A DNA stretch of 48,987 nucleotides from Candidatus Moanibacter sp. (GCA_965215885.1 CBDCEW010000041.1:1-48987), one strand, 5' to 3'. Numbered from the stretch's first letter, positions 28,431-38,865 are shown. Numbers and translations are program-made. Notes: generated by a model from the letters alone, not told the origin.

Positions 28431-30331
28431 AAAAAATCGCCTTTAACAGACCGCAGGCGACTCACCGAGATCCGGGAGAACTCATGGGATGGCGCCGCGT
28501 CGCCATTGGAAGCGAGAATACAATCGTTTCCATAGCCCTGGCGGTGCTGGTTCTGTTGCCCCTATCAGAGATTGTCCTTCGTTCCGTGTTTCGCACCGGC
28601 TTGCCTGGATCGAGCACCTATGTCCAGCATTTTACCCTCATTATCAGCATGCTGGGCGGCGCAATCGCGGCGCGCGAAGATCGATTGCTCTCCATTTCCA
28701 CCCTGACGACGTACCTGCGTGGAAAGCTTCAAACAACTGCCCGAATATTCAGCAACGTCGTGGCCGCGGCTATATGCGCACTTCTCTGTCAAGCAAGTAT
28801 GGCCTTTATCCTAACCGAACGCGCCGGAGGGAAGAGCCTCGACTACGGAATCCCGGTGTGGGTCGTCCTGCTCATCCTACCCCTTGGGTTCGGCCTAATT
28901 GCCTTCAGACTGATCTGGCACGCCTCGCATTCCTGGAAGGGGCGGACACTGGCGCTGATCCTCACCGGAATGATCATCGGAGTCCTGGCGCGGGCGCCAA
29001 TCGATCCGGACCGGCTGGTCGTGCCGCTTCTCATTATACTCCTCGTCGCAATACTCTTCGGTGCACCGATATTCACAGCCATCAGCGGCATCACGTTGGC
29101 CCTTCTGTGGGGAGAAGGTCTGCCCCTGGCGATGATCCCGCTAAAGCACTATTCACTCGTCACGAACCCGATCCTGCCGAGTATTCCGCTCTTCGCTCTT
29201 GCAGGATATTTTCTGGCGGAAGGCGGCGCCTCAACACGACTGGTTCGAGTTTTCCAGGCGCTCGTGGGACAATTTCGCGGCGGACCCGCCGTCGTTACTG
29301 TCCTGGTCTGCGCATTTTTTACATCCTTCACGGGAGCTTCAGGGGTTACCATCCTGGCTTTGGGAGGATTGCTATTCCCCGTTCTTATTCAGTCTCAATA
29401 TTCTGAAAGAGATACCCTTGGCCTCCTCACCTCCTCCGGATCTCTGGGGCTTCTCTTTCCTCCCTGTATCCCTTTGATCCTCTACGCCATTACCGCCTCG
29501 ACAGTCGTTTCCAATTTGACCACGGGAGAAGCTGAGATCGCCCAAATCTCGATGGAAAAGATGTTTCTAGGCGGTATCGGGCCCGGAATTCTTCTGGTCA
29601 TTATGACGGGATGGTGGGGAGTGAGCAGGGGACCGAAAGACAAAGCGACTCTACAAGAGTTTGACCGAATTGAAGCGTGGCGCTCGATCTGGATCGCAAA
29701 ATGGGAGCTGTTCCTACCCGTAGTAGCTCTCACCGCTCTCTTTTCCGGACTCGCCACCCCCGTGGAAGCGGCTGCCGTAACCGCCGCTTACGCCTTCGTC
29801 GTGGAGACGTTCGTATATCGCGATCTCAATTTCCTAAAAGACACAACTCGCGTCATGACGGAGTGCAGTCTCCTTGTAGGTGGGGTCTTGCTCATCCTGG
29901 GAGTCGCTATGGGGCTGAGCAATTACCTCATTTTCGAACAGATCCCTTCACGGGCGGTGGAATGGGTGACGGCGTCGATCGATTCGCGATGGCTGTTTCT
30001 CCTCAGTCTCAATCTGTCGCTACTTTTAGTCGGTTGTATTATGGATATATTTTCCGCGATCGTCGTGGTTGTGCCGCTCATCATACCGTTGGGCCTCGCT
30101 TACGGCATCGACCCCATCCACCTCGGCATTATCTTTCTCGCCAATCTGGAATTAGGCTACATGACGCCCCCCGTGGGTATGAATCTATTCATCTCTTCCT
30201 ATCGGTTCGAGAAATCTCTTCCCACAATCATCCGCAGTGTCTCCCCGATTTTTCTCGTGCGCCTCATTGGCGTGCTCATCATCACTTTCGTGCCCGTGCT
30301 CTCGACCACTCTTCCCAAGCTGATCGATTAG
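28427..30331 (+). CDS. Fused TRAP transporter small/large permease (DctQ-DctM)
   Basis: N-terminal 4-TM DctQ-like part, then IPLFALAGYFLAEGG, FTGASGVTILALG, PPCIP, TPVEAA, GIDPIHLG, TPPVGMNLF. Confidence 0.93.
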   Translation: MKKIAFNRPQATHRDPGELMGWRRVAIGSENTIVSIALAVLVLLPLSEIVLRSVFRTGLPGSSTYVQHFTLIISMLGGAIAAREDRLLSISTLTTYLRGKLQTTARIFSNVVAAAICALLCQASMAFILTERAGGKSLDYGIPVWVVLLILPLGFGLIAFRLIWHASHSWKGRTLALILTGMIIGVLARAPIDPDRLVVPLLIILLVAILFGAPIFTAISGITLALLWGEGLPLAMIPLKHYSLVTNPILPSIPLFALAGYFLAEGGASTRLVRVFQALVGQFRGGPAVVTVLVCAFFTSFTGASGVTILALGGLLFPVLIQSQYSERDTLGLLTSSGSLGLLFPPCIPLILYAITASTVVSNLTTGEAEIAQISMEKMFLGGIGPGILLVIMTGWWGVSRGPKDKATLQEFDRIEAWRSIWIAKWELFLPVVALTALFSGLATPVEAAAVTAAYAFVVETFVYRDLNFLKDTTRVMTECSLLVGGVLLILGVAMGLSNYLIFEQIPSRAVEWVTASIDSRWLFLLSLNLSLLLVGCIMDIFSAIVVVVPLIIPLGLAYGIDPIHLGIIFLANLELGYMTPPVGMNLFISSYRFEKSLPTIIRSVSPIFLVRLIGVLIITFVPVLSTTLPKLID

Positions 30332-30401
30332 GAATCTGTCGGACATAGCTTTCCGAATTCGCCGAAAAAATAAGCATCTGAGTGCTTTCCTGGAATGCGC
30401 A

Positions 30402-30493
30402 GTAAAGATCCTCGGGGCAAGCCCCGAGGCATTTGATATTAGACTTTATGAATTAGAAACGAAGCAAGCTTCGGGGAATTAAACCCGAAGCGA
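30402..30493 (-). mobile_element. 92-bp IS200/IS605-type hairpin mini-element, copy 2 (inside a TAGGAATCTGTCGGAC-ended repeat starting at 30329)
   Basis: Identical to copy 1; flanked by TTAAA (TTTAA on the element strand). Confidence 0.8.
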
Positions 30494-30654
30494 TTAAAAG
30501 AGCCGTAAAGTCGCCGTAGTGCAATTTACCTAAGCGAGCCCACCCTCTGCGATGATCTTAGCCCGCTTTTCTCACATATTTTCGAGGACGGACTTGCAGC
30601 TGGATGCCTTTCCTGCCGTGTCGCTACACACGCGCCACGAAAAGCGGGCTATCC

Positions 30655-30822
30655 AACAAAAGGGCACAGAAGATATTGAAGGGGGTTCAGAATATTCTTT
30701 ATCTTTCCAAATAGAACGACGGAGGCGGAAACTAGGACAGAGTGTCAAGAGCATGGCCAAAATGAACTCTCGAATAAATACGACAAGATACTCGGATTCA
30801 ATATCTTCTGTGCCCTTTTGTT
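30655..30822. repeat. 168-bp element bounded by perfect 26-bp inverted repeats
   Basis: AACAAAAGGGCACAGAAGATATTGAA (30655-30680) / TTCAATATCTTCTGTGCCCTTTTGTT (30797-30822). Confidence 0.8.
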
Positions 30823-31014
30823 TTTAAGCCTGGAAATCCTGTGAGATTTCCAGGTTAGAGGCAGCGCAGCGACACTTCGCGCGACAGCGTCTCCTTATTT
30901 CCGAAGTTGTAATGAAGATTCGCCCTTGTGGTCTGCAACTCCTCAGCAATAATTCCAATAGTGTCAACTGAACAGACAGCAGAGCGCGAACCATCGACAG
31001 GCGAGGAGCAAAGC

Positions 31015-32064
31015 ATGGAAATGACCTATGCGGATGCCGAGATAAACTCCCAACTGGAAAACAGGGAGAAAGTTGAGCTGCTCGAGGGCATGCTCAGGAT
31101 AAGACGTTTCGAAGAGCGGTGTATACGCTCCTACCAGCAGGGCCATATCGGCGGGTTTCTCCATCTCTATATTGGCCAGGAGGCCGTAGCGGTCGGCTGC
31201 GTTTCCGTTCGGGGACCGGAAGATCACATCATTACGGCCTATCGCGATCACGGTCACGCTCTCGCCGTGGGAATGAGGATGAACGCGTGCATGGCGGAAC
31301 TTTACGGAAAACACACCGGTTGCTCTAAGGGGAAAGGGGGATCGATGCACTTTTTTGATCCCGCGAAGCGATTCTGGGGCGGCCACGGCATCGTGGCGGG
31401 GCAAACGCCACTCGGCGCGGGGATAGCATTCGCGATCAAATATCGGGAGAAAAAAGGCGCCTGCTTATGCTTTATGGGCGACGGCGCAGTCAATCAGGGC
31501 GTTTTTCACGAATCGCTCAACCTTGCCGCTCTCTGGGAACTACCCGTCGTCTATATAATCGAGAACAATCGCTATTCCATGGGCACAAGCCAGGAGCGAT
31601 CATCAGCCGGTGAAATACTCGCGAAGCGGGCGGAGGGCTATCACATCGCCTGGGATGTGTGCAACGGGCATTCCATTTTCGAAATACGGGCGAAGGTGGC
31701 AGATGCAATCAAGCGAGCTCACGAAGAATCGCGGCCGACTCTCCTTGAGATCGACACCTATCGCTACCGCGGACATTCCGTTTCGGATCCCGACCAGACC
31801 TACCGCACGAAGTCGGAGATCGAGGAATACCGAAAGACGAGGGACCCGATCAGTCTCTTCGAGTCTCATCTTTTGAAAGAGGGCATTCTCGATGAAAACG
31901 CGGCAAAGGAGCTGGACCGGGCAATTCGGGAGGAAGCGGAAAAAGCCACAAAATTCGCTGAACAGAGTCCTTTCCCACCACCCGAGGAAATTACCCGCGA
32001 TGTCTATTGGGAGGTCGATAACCCCGGCGAAAAGAAACCTAAAGGAAGATTTTTCTTTAATTGA
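31015..32064 (+). CDS. pdhA: Pyruvate dehydrogenase E1 alpha subunit
   Basis: GFLHLYIGQEA, AYRDHGH, GKGGSMH, GDGAVNQG...NN, TYRYRGHS; ATG 31015 preferred. Confidence 0.95.
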   Translation: MEMTYADAEINSQLENREKVELLEGMLRIRRFEERCIRSYQQGHIGGFLHLYIGQEAVAVGCVSVRGPEDHIITAYRDHGHALAVGMRMNACMAELYGKHTGCSKGKGGSMHFFDPAKRFWGGHGIVAGQTPLGAGIAFAIKYREKKGACLCFMGDGAVNQGVFHESLNLAALWELPVVYIIENNRYSMGTSQERSSAGEILAKRAEGYHIAWDVCNGHSIFEIRAKVADAIKRAHEESRPTLLEIDTYRYRGHSVSDPDQTYRTKSEIEEYRKTRDPISLFESHLLKEGILDENAAKELDRAIREEAEKATKFAEQSPFPPPEEITRDVYWEVDNPGEKKPKGRFFFN

Positions 32065-32065
32065 A

Positions 32066-32112
32066 CTAGCAGCCTGTCGGACTTATTCGAACTCTTTTCA
32101 ACAGGCTGCTAG
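32066..32112. mobile_element. 47-bp minimal MITE flanked by CTAG
   Basis: CTAGCAGCCTGT...ACAGGCTGCTAG. Confidence 0.7.
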
Positions 32113-32290
32113 AGACAAGAAAATGAACCTGAGATTTGTGGGAAAGTGTACGGATTGTTGCACAGCGGTTTCGCTATGATTCAATTTGACACGATCAACC
32201 CACGAGCGACGATCCCTTATCATCAGATTCGTAGTCGAAAAAGGAATAGATATGACAATTTGTCTCAAATCTCAGGTTCATTTTCTTCAA

Positions 32291-32388
32291 AGGAATCTGT
32301 CGGTCTAAACTTGATCGGAATGTCGATCTGTCACCATGAAATCTAAACCAATGAGATGTTAGGAATCCTAAGTCCGACAGATTCCTAG
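32291..32388. mobile_element. MITE with AGGAATCTGTCGG...CCGACAGATTCCTAG ends
   Basis: Same termini as the repeats at 10009, 30329 and 36571. Confidence 0.7.
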
Positions 32389-32434
32389 CCCGGAATTCTC
32401 ACAAGTTCACACATCACATTTTTCATTCGTCCCG

Positions 32435-33409
32435 ATGCCATCGATTACTTACCGAGAAGCAATAAACAGAGCCATTTCCGAGGAAATGGAACGCGATGAT
32501 TCAGTCTTGGTCATGGGGGAAGAAGTCGCTCAATTTCAGGGCGCGTATAAAGTGACCGAGGAACTGGTTGGCAAGTTTGGCCCAAAGCGGGTGGTGGATG
32601 CCCCGATCAGCGAAGCGGGATTTGCCGGCTTGGGCATCGGGGCAGCCATGATGGGACTGCGCCCCATCATCGAATTTATGTTCTGGAGCTTTTGCTACGT
32701 AGCGTTTGATCAGGTCTTTAACAACGCCGCGAATATCAGATACATGTCGGGAGGACTGATCAATATTCCGATCGTCATCCGGGGTCCCGCCAACGGAGGC
32801 ACCAACGTTGGCGCCACCCACAGCCACGCTCCGGAGAACTTCTGCGCCCACACGCCCGGACTGAAAGTTGTCTGTCCGGCGAACGCTTACGACGCCCTCG
32901 GTCTGATGAAGTCAGCAATACGAGATAACGATCCGGTCTGTGTCATGGAGAATACGATTCTCTATAACGAAAGAGACGAGGTGCCGGATGAAGAGTATCT
33001 CATCCCTCTTGGCGTGGCTGAGGTAAAGAGAGAAGGCTCCGATATTTCCCTGATTGCTCACGGGAGAGCGGTGGGAACCTCCCTCCAGGCGGCCGAGATT
33101 CTCCAATCCCGAAACAGCGTCAACGCCGAAGTCATCGATCTTAGATCGATTCGTCCCTTAGATGAAGAAACCATTCTCAACTCAATAAAAAAGACCAACC
33201 GAGCCGTTCTCATCGAAGAGAACAAACCATTCTGCGGCACAGATGCACAAATTGCCTATCTCATTCAGGAAAAGGCATTCGACTGGTTGGATGCGCCAGT
33301 GAAGAGAGTATCCGCCATCGATGCACCGCAGATATACAGTCCCCCTCTAGAGAAAATTCAGTTGCCGGACGCAGAGCGTGTCGTGAGGACAGCTTTGGAG
33401 ATTCTCTAA
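32435..33409 (+). CDS. pdhB: Pyruvate dehydrogenase E1 beta subunit
   Basis: GEEVAQFQGAYKVT, DAPISEAG, RPIIEFM, RGPANG, DLRSIRPLD. Confidence 0.96.
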   Translation: MPSITYREAINRAISEEMERDDSVLVMGEEVAQFQGAYKVTEELVGKFGPKRVVDAPISEAGFAGLGIGAAMMGLRPIIEFMFWSFCYVAFDQVFNNAANIRYMSGGLINIPIVIRGPANGGTNVGATHSHAPENFCAHTPGLKVVCPANAYDALGLMKSAIRDNDPVCVMENTILYNERDEVPDEEYLIPLGVAEVKREGSDISLIAHGRAVGTSLQAAEILQSRNSVNAEVIDLRSIRPLDEETILNSIKKTNRAVLIEENKPFCGTDAQIAYLIQEKAFDWLDAPVKRVSAIDAPQIYSPPLEKIQLPDAERVVRTALEIL

Positions 33410-33414
33410 CTCTA

Positions 33415-33690
33415 ATGCTCGAACTCATAAATACAGTCACGTATGTGGGAGCGCCATTGTGGGTAGTGCAAGGCGCGCCGGCGACGGACAGCCCTGAAGG
33501 GCTTTTCTCGCCGGCGGCGCAACGCCGCAATACCCCCAATGCCGCCCCATCCTTTTGGGACCGGGCGCTTTTGGCGCTGGGCAGCGTCGGTCGAGTCGCC
33601 CAAGGCCGACAGGCCTGGCACGACCCGACCGCCTCCCCCAGCATCCAAAATCGCCTCGGCATACGTGACCGTATTTATGATTTCGAGCAC
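33415..33690. mobile_element. ~276-bp structured MITE with ~30-bp TIRs between pdhB and pdhC
   Basis: TGCTCGAACTCATAAATACAGTCACGTATG / CATACGTGACCGTATTTATGATTTCGAGCA; GC-rich hairpin interior. Confidence 0.8.
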
Positions 33691-33714
33691 TTAAGTTGAG
33701 GCCGAAAGGCAAAC

Positions 33715-35091
33715 ATGGCCACGATTATTGATATGCCGAAACTCAGTGACACGATGAGTGAAGGCACTCTTGTGGCATGGATGAAGAAAGAAGGCGATCG
33801 CGTCGAGCCCGGAGATATGATCGCCGAGATTGAGACAGATAAAGCGACCATGGAACTGGAGAATTTCGAGGAGGGTTACCTTCTTGTTCAGTATGCCAAA
33901 GAGGGTGAACAGGTAGCGATCGGCTCTCCCATCTGCGCGATAGGCGAAGAAGGGGAGGAAGTCCCCAAAGTGGAGCAGAAGTCTACTCCTCCTGCTTCCC
34001 CGGCCCCGACTAAGACTGAATCCGAAGACCTCTCTACCACTAGCGAGGATCCCTCAGCAGAAACGCAATCGGAGGCGATACTTCCAGCGCCAGAAATTGA
34101 TACAAAGCCGGAAGAGGTCGAGCCAGCGCCGCCAAAGTCGAAGACCCCTGGGAGGAAACGCATAAAAATCTCACCGCTGGCCAGAAATATCGCCACAAAG
34201 CATGGCGTTTCCATAGAGGCTGTTAAGGGCACGGGCCCGGGAGGCAGGATTGTCAAGGCTGATGTCCTGAAAGCCGTAAAAGGAGGAGCCGCCCTCACAC
34301 CGTCGCCAGTCGGCACTCCCGATGCCGCCGCGAAACCCGAAGAACCCCAGCCGACCGTTCCCTCTTCGGTGAGTCCGGCACCGAGTGAAGAGAAAATCAG
34401 CCCAGTTTCAAAAATCCGATCGATCATCGCTCAACGCCTCCTGGAGTCAAAGACGCAGATACCGCATTTCTATCTGGAAATGGAAATCGACGCCGCGCCC
34501 CTGCTCGATCTGCGCGCCGTTCTGAATAACGACCTGGCAAATCTACCTCCGGAAGCCGGGGGAATAAAACTGAGTGTCAATGACTTCATCCTTAAAGCCA
34601 CCGCCGAGGCCTTACGGCGGGTACCCGCCGTAAACGCTTCCTGGACTGGTGAAACGATCGTACAGTACGGTTCCGTTCATCTGGCATTCGCGGTCGCCAT
34701 CGAAGAGGGTCTGGTCACTCCGGTAATTCGTGATGCCCAGGCCAAGGGACTTCGCCAAATGAGCGTGGAAGCCAAGGAACTCGCTCACAAGGCGAGAAAT
34801 CGAAAGCTGACTCCCGACGAAATGGCAGGCGGCACCTTTACTGTTTCGAATCTCGGGATGTTCGGAGTGACAAGCTTCTTCGGAATAATCAATCCCCCCA
34901 ACGCCGCAATTCTTTCTGTCGGTGCCACAACCAGGAAACCGGTGGTAGACAAAGACGATAACATCGCTGTCGGACAGCGTATGACACTCAGCCTCAGCTG
35001 CGATCACCGCACCGTCGACGGCACCGTGGGGGCGCAATTTCTCGCTACCCTGAAGGGGATTCTGGAGACACCGGCTCTTATGCTGGTCTAG
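33715..35091 (+). CDS. pdhC: Pyruvate dehydrogenase E2, dihydrolipoamide acetyltransferase
   Basis: Lipoyl domain ETDKA, E3-binding ISPLARNIA...GTGPGGRI, catalytic CDHRTVDG. Confidence 0.96.
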   Translation: MATIIDMPKLSDTMSEGTLVAWMKKEGDRVEPGDMIAEIETDKATMELENFEEGYLLVQYAKEGEQVAIGSPICAIGEEGEEVPKVEQKSTPPASPAPTKTESEDLSTTSEDPSAETQSEAILPAPEIDTKPEEVEPAPPKSKTPGRKRIKISPLARNIATKHGVSIEAVKGTGPGGRIVKADVLKAVKGGAALTPSPVGTPDAAAKPEEPQPTVPSSVSPAPSEEKISPVSKIRSIIAQRLLESKTQIPHFYLEMEIDAAPLLDLRAVLNNDLANLPPEAGGIKLSVNDFILKATAEALRRVPAVNASWTGETIVQYGSVHLAFAVAIEEGLVTPVIRDAQAKGLRQMSVEAKELAHKARNRKLTPDEMAGGTFTVSNLGMFGVTSFFGIINPPNAAILSVGATTRKPVVDKDDNIAVGQRMTLSLSCDHRTVDGTVGAQFLATLKGILETPALMLV

Positions 35092-35157
35092 CGGTTGAAG
35101 GCAAGGTTTGCATTTGGCTGGAAGATCGATTCAACTGCAACAGTACAAACTCTATAG

Positions 35158-36396
35158 TTGAATCGAGCACTAATAGAGAATCCAATTTTCATCACCGGAA
35201 TGGGAGCGTTCTGCTCGGCCGGCAACGATGTCTCGAGCTTGTGGAAGAGTGTTCGCGAGGGGCGTTCTCCAGCGAAGTGGGTATATAATCAGTCGACTTA
35301 CAAATCGCGCCGCATCGCCGGCTGCCAGATTTCGGAACTTCCGGCATGTCTTGGACAGTTTCACCGCATCGAGCGGATGGACCGCGTCGTAAAGATCGCG
35401 CTGGGAGCGCTCAATGAGGCGTGGATCAACGCTGAACTGGATCGCGAACAACCGGAAGCACAAAGAATCGGTCTCACATGCGGCATCTCACGCAGTCCAG
35501 TGAATCGAATTCTCGACTCTAGCGAATTCATGAGGCGCAAACGTCGAATTCCGCCTTCAACGGCAGCAAACAGCACCATCGGAAGTCTAACAGGCGCACT
35601 TGCACAATACTTCAACCTCAAAGGCCCCAGCTTCACCCTTTCCTCTACCTGCACATCATCCGCGGCAGCGATCACAGTCGGCGCCCTACAGATCATCGGT
35701 GGGGGAATTGATATCGCCATAGTCGGCGGTGCCGAAACCCCTCTCCACCCACTGTTATTTGAGCAACTCTCATCGGCCGGAATTCTGGGTCATGCTGAAA
35801 ATCCGGAAGCCTCATGCCGCCCGTTCGACGCGACCAGAGACGGTACAATTCTCGGGGAAGGGGCCGGCTTTCTCGTCCTTGAATCAAAAAGGTCAATGGA
35901 ATCGCGCCAGGTAAAGCCCCTCGCCCGACTGGCTGGCTGGAGCCTGGGAGTGGATCACGCTGGTCGAACGGGAGTCAATGAAGATGGTGATGGTCTCTTT
36001 CAAACGATTGGTGAATCCCTGCGCATGGCACAAATAAGTATTCGGGACCTTGACTACATTAACACGCACGGCACCGCCACGGTTATCAACGACTCGGCAG
36101 AGGCAAAGGCGATACAACGGGCGACTCAAACTGATCGGCCTGCTATACCGTGCAGTACGACCAAGCCGGTAACCGGACACTGTCTGGGCGCAACGTCCGC
36201 TCTCGAATCGATTATCTCCGTTCTCGCCCTCCGGCATCAATGCCTTCCGCCCACGATCAACTACCGCAATCCCGATCCGAGCATCCCCCTCGACGTTATT
36301 TCGGAGGGCGCGAGGGAAAAGGAAGTCCAGTACGTGATGTCGAATTCGCTCGGATTCTGGGGGAACTGCGCCTCGCTCATTTTCTCGAAGACCTAG
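35158..36396 (+). CDS. Beta-ketoacyl-ACP synthase (FabF/FabB-like)
   Basis: STCTSS (Cys), CRPFD..RDG..LGEGAG, HGTAT, KPVTGHCLGA, SNSLGFWG. Confidence 0.9.
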   Translation: MNRALIENPIFITGMGAFCSAGNDVSSLWKSVREGRSPAKWVYNQSTYKSRRIAGCQISELPACLGQFHRIERMDRVVKIALGALNEAWINAELDREQPEAQRIGLTCGISRSPVNRILDSSEFMRRKRRIPPSTAANSTIGSLTGALAQYFNLKGPSFTLSSTCTSSAAAITVGALQIIGGGIDIAIVGGAETPLHPLLFEQLSSAGILGHAENPEASCRPFDATRDGTILGEGAGFLVLESKRSMESRQVKPLARLAGWSLGVDHAGRTGVNEDGDGLFQTIGESLRMAQISIRDLDYINTHGTATVINDSAEAKAIQRATQTDRPAIPCSTTKPVTGHCLGATSALESIISVLALRHQCLPPTINYRNPDPSIPLDVISEGAREKEVQYVMSNSLGFWGNCASLIFSKT

Positions 36397-36574
36397 CCCG
36401 AACATTTCACAAACCATCTGCTGCGACCACGGATGTCACTGCGCCTCAAAGCCTTCTCTTGTCCGGCGACCTCAGAGAGTTCCAACACACTGTCGCCCGC
36501 CGGACTGCGAAAAGACCTTGATCCGCAGCAACCTACGCCGTCTCGCTACGATGTGTGTGAAGTGTCCGGGCTAG
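36393..36574. mobile_element. MITE with CTAGCCCG(A/G)ACA(T/C)TTCACA ends sitting on the KAS stop codon
   Basis: 17/19 inverted match including CTAG at both ends; abuts a CTAGGAATCTGTCGGACTT end at 36571. Confidence 0.75.
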
Positions 36575-36693
36575 GAATCTGTCGGACTTAGCCTATTGGC
36601 CTGTCTTGAATACGGAAATCGTTCTGCGCATCCAGGCGAAGACGGGTGTGAGATTTCCGGGTCAGAGCGGAATGGCGCTAAGATAAGCCCGAG

Positions 36694-36800
36694 GTAAAGA
36701 TCCTCGGGGCAAGCCCCGAGGCATTTGATATTAGACTTTATGAATTAGAAACGAAGCAAGCTTCGGGGAATTAAACCCGAAGCGATTAAACCCGAAGCGA
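36694..36800 (-). mobile_element. 92-bp IS200/IS605-type mini-element, copy 3 (36694-36785) plus 15-bp duplicated left end
   Basis: Identical 92 bp followed by a second TTAAACCCGAAGCGA; lies between the IS4 stop codon and the IS4 TIR. Confidence 0.8.
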
Positions 36801-37294
36801 TTAACGACGATTTTTGCCTTTGTTTCTGCGCGAGCGCGAGACTTTCATTTTCCCTCGCGGCTTCGTTAGTAATTGGTAAGGTTTCGGTCTTCGTTTGACC
36901 GCTCGTGGTTCGCTGCGGTGTTCTCGTAGTGGAACAGTCTCCTCGGCAATAATCAGAACCATCTCGTCAATGATGCGTTGTTGCTTTCGAGGCTGCTTGC
37001 GGGTGGCGTTCAGAGCGGTGCAGTACTGCCGAACGGTGTCGACCGTGCTCTTGAAGCTGAGCCGATGCAGGTCACGCTGATAGAGGGTGGCGGCGTGTTG
37101 CATGAGGGCGCGGATGAGATTATAGGCGATAAAGAACAGCTGGATTTCCTTACGCACCATTTCGGGAGTAAGGCAGCGTACCGTTTCCATCTTCATAGTC
37201 GTTTTAATGTCGCGAAAAAACAGTTCCACTGTAAACGACCGGTGAACTGCCCTATGGATCGCGGCATGCGCGAGGATCCTGGCAGTGTCCGGGT

Positions 37295-38797
37295 TCAAGA
37301 GGCTGCGAGCGGTTCGCCTGTTCGGGTCGGCTTCCAATTCGCCGGAGCGAGTTCGGCGATCTCGGTGATGTTCATGTCCGGCAATCTTTTGAGGACGTCA
37401 GTGAGGTAAGCGGATGGTTCAATTGCGTGCCGCCGGCAACTCTCAATGATCGAGTAAATTACGGCGCTTCTCCAACCGGCCTTGGGGTGGCCGATGAACA
37501 TCCAGTTTTTCTTTCCCAGGGCGGTCGGCCGGATAGCATTCTCAATGCGGTTATTGTCGATTTCAACCTTGCCATGCTCGAGGTAGCGCTTGAGTGATTC
37601 CCACTGGGTCAGAGCATACTCAACGGCTTCACCCATTTTGCTCCGCGGCAAGGCCCGCCGTTTGAGTATAGGCAAGGCTTTGCCCAAGCGTTCCACGATC
37701 ATCCGACCATGGCTTTTCCGGTAGGCTTCGCGCAAGGCGGGACCGGCCCGCTGTTCGCGCAGAGGGCGCTCGTCTCTGTAGAGATTGTGGATCTGCCGCA
37801 CCACCCAGCCGGCCAGCTTCGGATTCTCATCCATCGCCTCCACAAATTTGCGTCGCAGGTGTGCCCAGCACCCAAACAGGGTAATCCCGTTATGCTCCCG
37901 GGCGAAACTGCCATAGGCTGCGTAACCGTCGGTTTGGAGCAACCCTTCGTATCCGTTGAGGAACTGCTCGAGACATTTTACCCCACGGCCTGTGTGCCAG
38001 TCGTAGAGCACCTCGCCGCCGGGTCGCCCGTAGACCCCCAGGTATCCTTTCCTGCAGCCCTCTTTCTTGCCTGCGTCCGGATCCAGGTAGCGGATGGGCG
38101 TTTCGTCCGCCTGGATGTAACCGCCCTCGAACAATTGTAAGCACATGTAGTTGTAGATGGGTTTTAGCCATTGCGCTACCTGGTGGATCCAATCGAGCAT
38201 GCTCTGGCGCGCCACCCTTACTCCGTAGCGTTCCCGGAAAATCTTCTCCTGCCGATACAACGGCAGGTGATCGACGTATTTGCTCAGTAATAGGTGCACC
38301 AAAAGCCCCACTCCAGGGATCCCTTTTTCAATCAGCCGCGATGGTAATGGCGCCAGCACGGGAGGTTCCTGGGGCTTTTCGCGAGATACATATTTGCGCC
38401 GTATATAGCGCCGCCTGATAAATCGGGCCGGGAGCAAATCTAACTCTTCAGTGACTTCCTCACCGATCAACCGCCACTTTTGCGGTTCAACCTTCACCGC
38501 TTCGGGTTCGATTACGATCTCTTCGACTTCCAGGTGCTCGGGCAGACGCTGTCGCCTCGCCCCAGCTCCTTTGCGCGCCTTCGGCTCGGGTGGTGGCTCT
38601 GCCGTTTGCTCAGCGGGTTTGTTTTCCTCGGCCTGCTCCAGCCCGGCCAGGAGCAATTCCAGCTGTCCCGGATCGATCCGCTCGCTTTGGTTGCCTCCAA
38701 AGTAGCGCTTAATGAGCCAGCCGATCTTCTGACGTAAAAGCCGATTCTCCTCTCGGAGTTGCTCCAGCTCTGTTTGCAAAACCTCGACTTCAGGCAT
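37295..38797 (-). CDS. tnpC: IS66 transposase TnpC (copy 2)
   Basis: 500 aa, six substitutions relative to copy 1. Confidence 0.93.
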   Translation of the reverse strand: MPEVEVLQTELEQLREENRLLRQKIGWLIKRYFGGNQSERIDPGQLELLLAGLEQAEENKPAEQTAEPPPEPKARKGAGARRQRLPEHLEVEEIVIEPEAVKVEPQKWRLIGEEVTEELDLLPARFIRRRYIRRKYVSREKPQEPPVLAPLPSRLIEKGIPGVGLLVHLLLSKYVDHLPLYRQEKIFRERYGVRVARQSMLDWIHQVAQWLKPIYNYMCLQLFEGGYIQADETPIRYLDPDAGKKEGCRKGYLGVYGRPGGEVLYDWHTGRGVKCLEQFLNGYEGLLQTDGYAAYGSFAREHNGITLFGCWAHLRRKFVEAMDENPKLAGWVVRQIHNLYRDERPLREQRAGPALREAYRKSHGRMIVERLGKALPILKRRALPRSKMGEAVEYALTQWESLKRYLEHGKVEIDNNRIENAIRPTALGKKNWMFIGHPKAGWRSAVIYSIIESCRRHAIEPSAYLTDVLKRLPDMNITEIAELAPANWKPTRTGEPLAAS

Positions 38798-38865
38798 GAA
38801 AACAATACTAAACTAACGGTAATAAGAAAAGCACTACTTTTTTCAAAAAAATCACTTTTTTTGAC

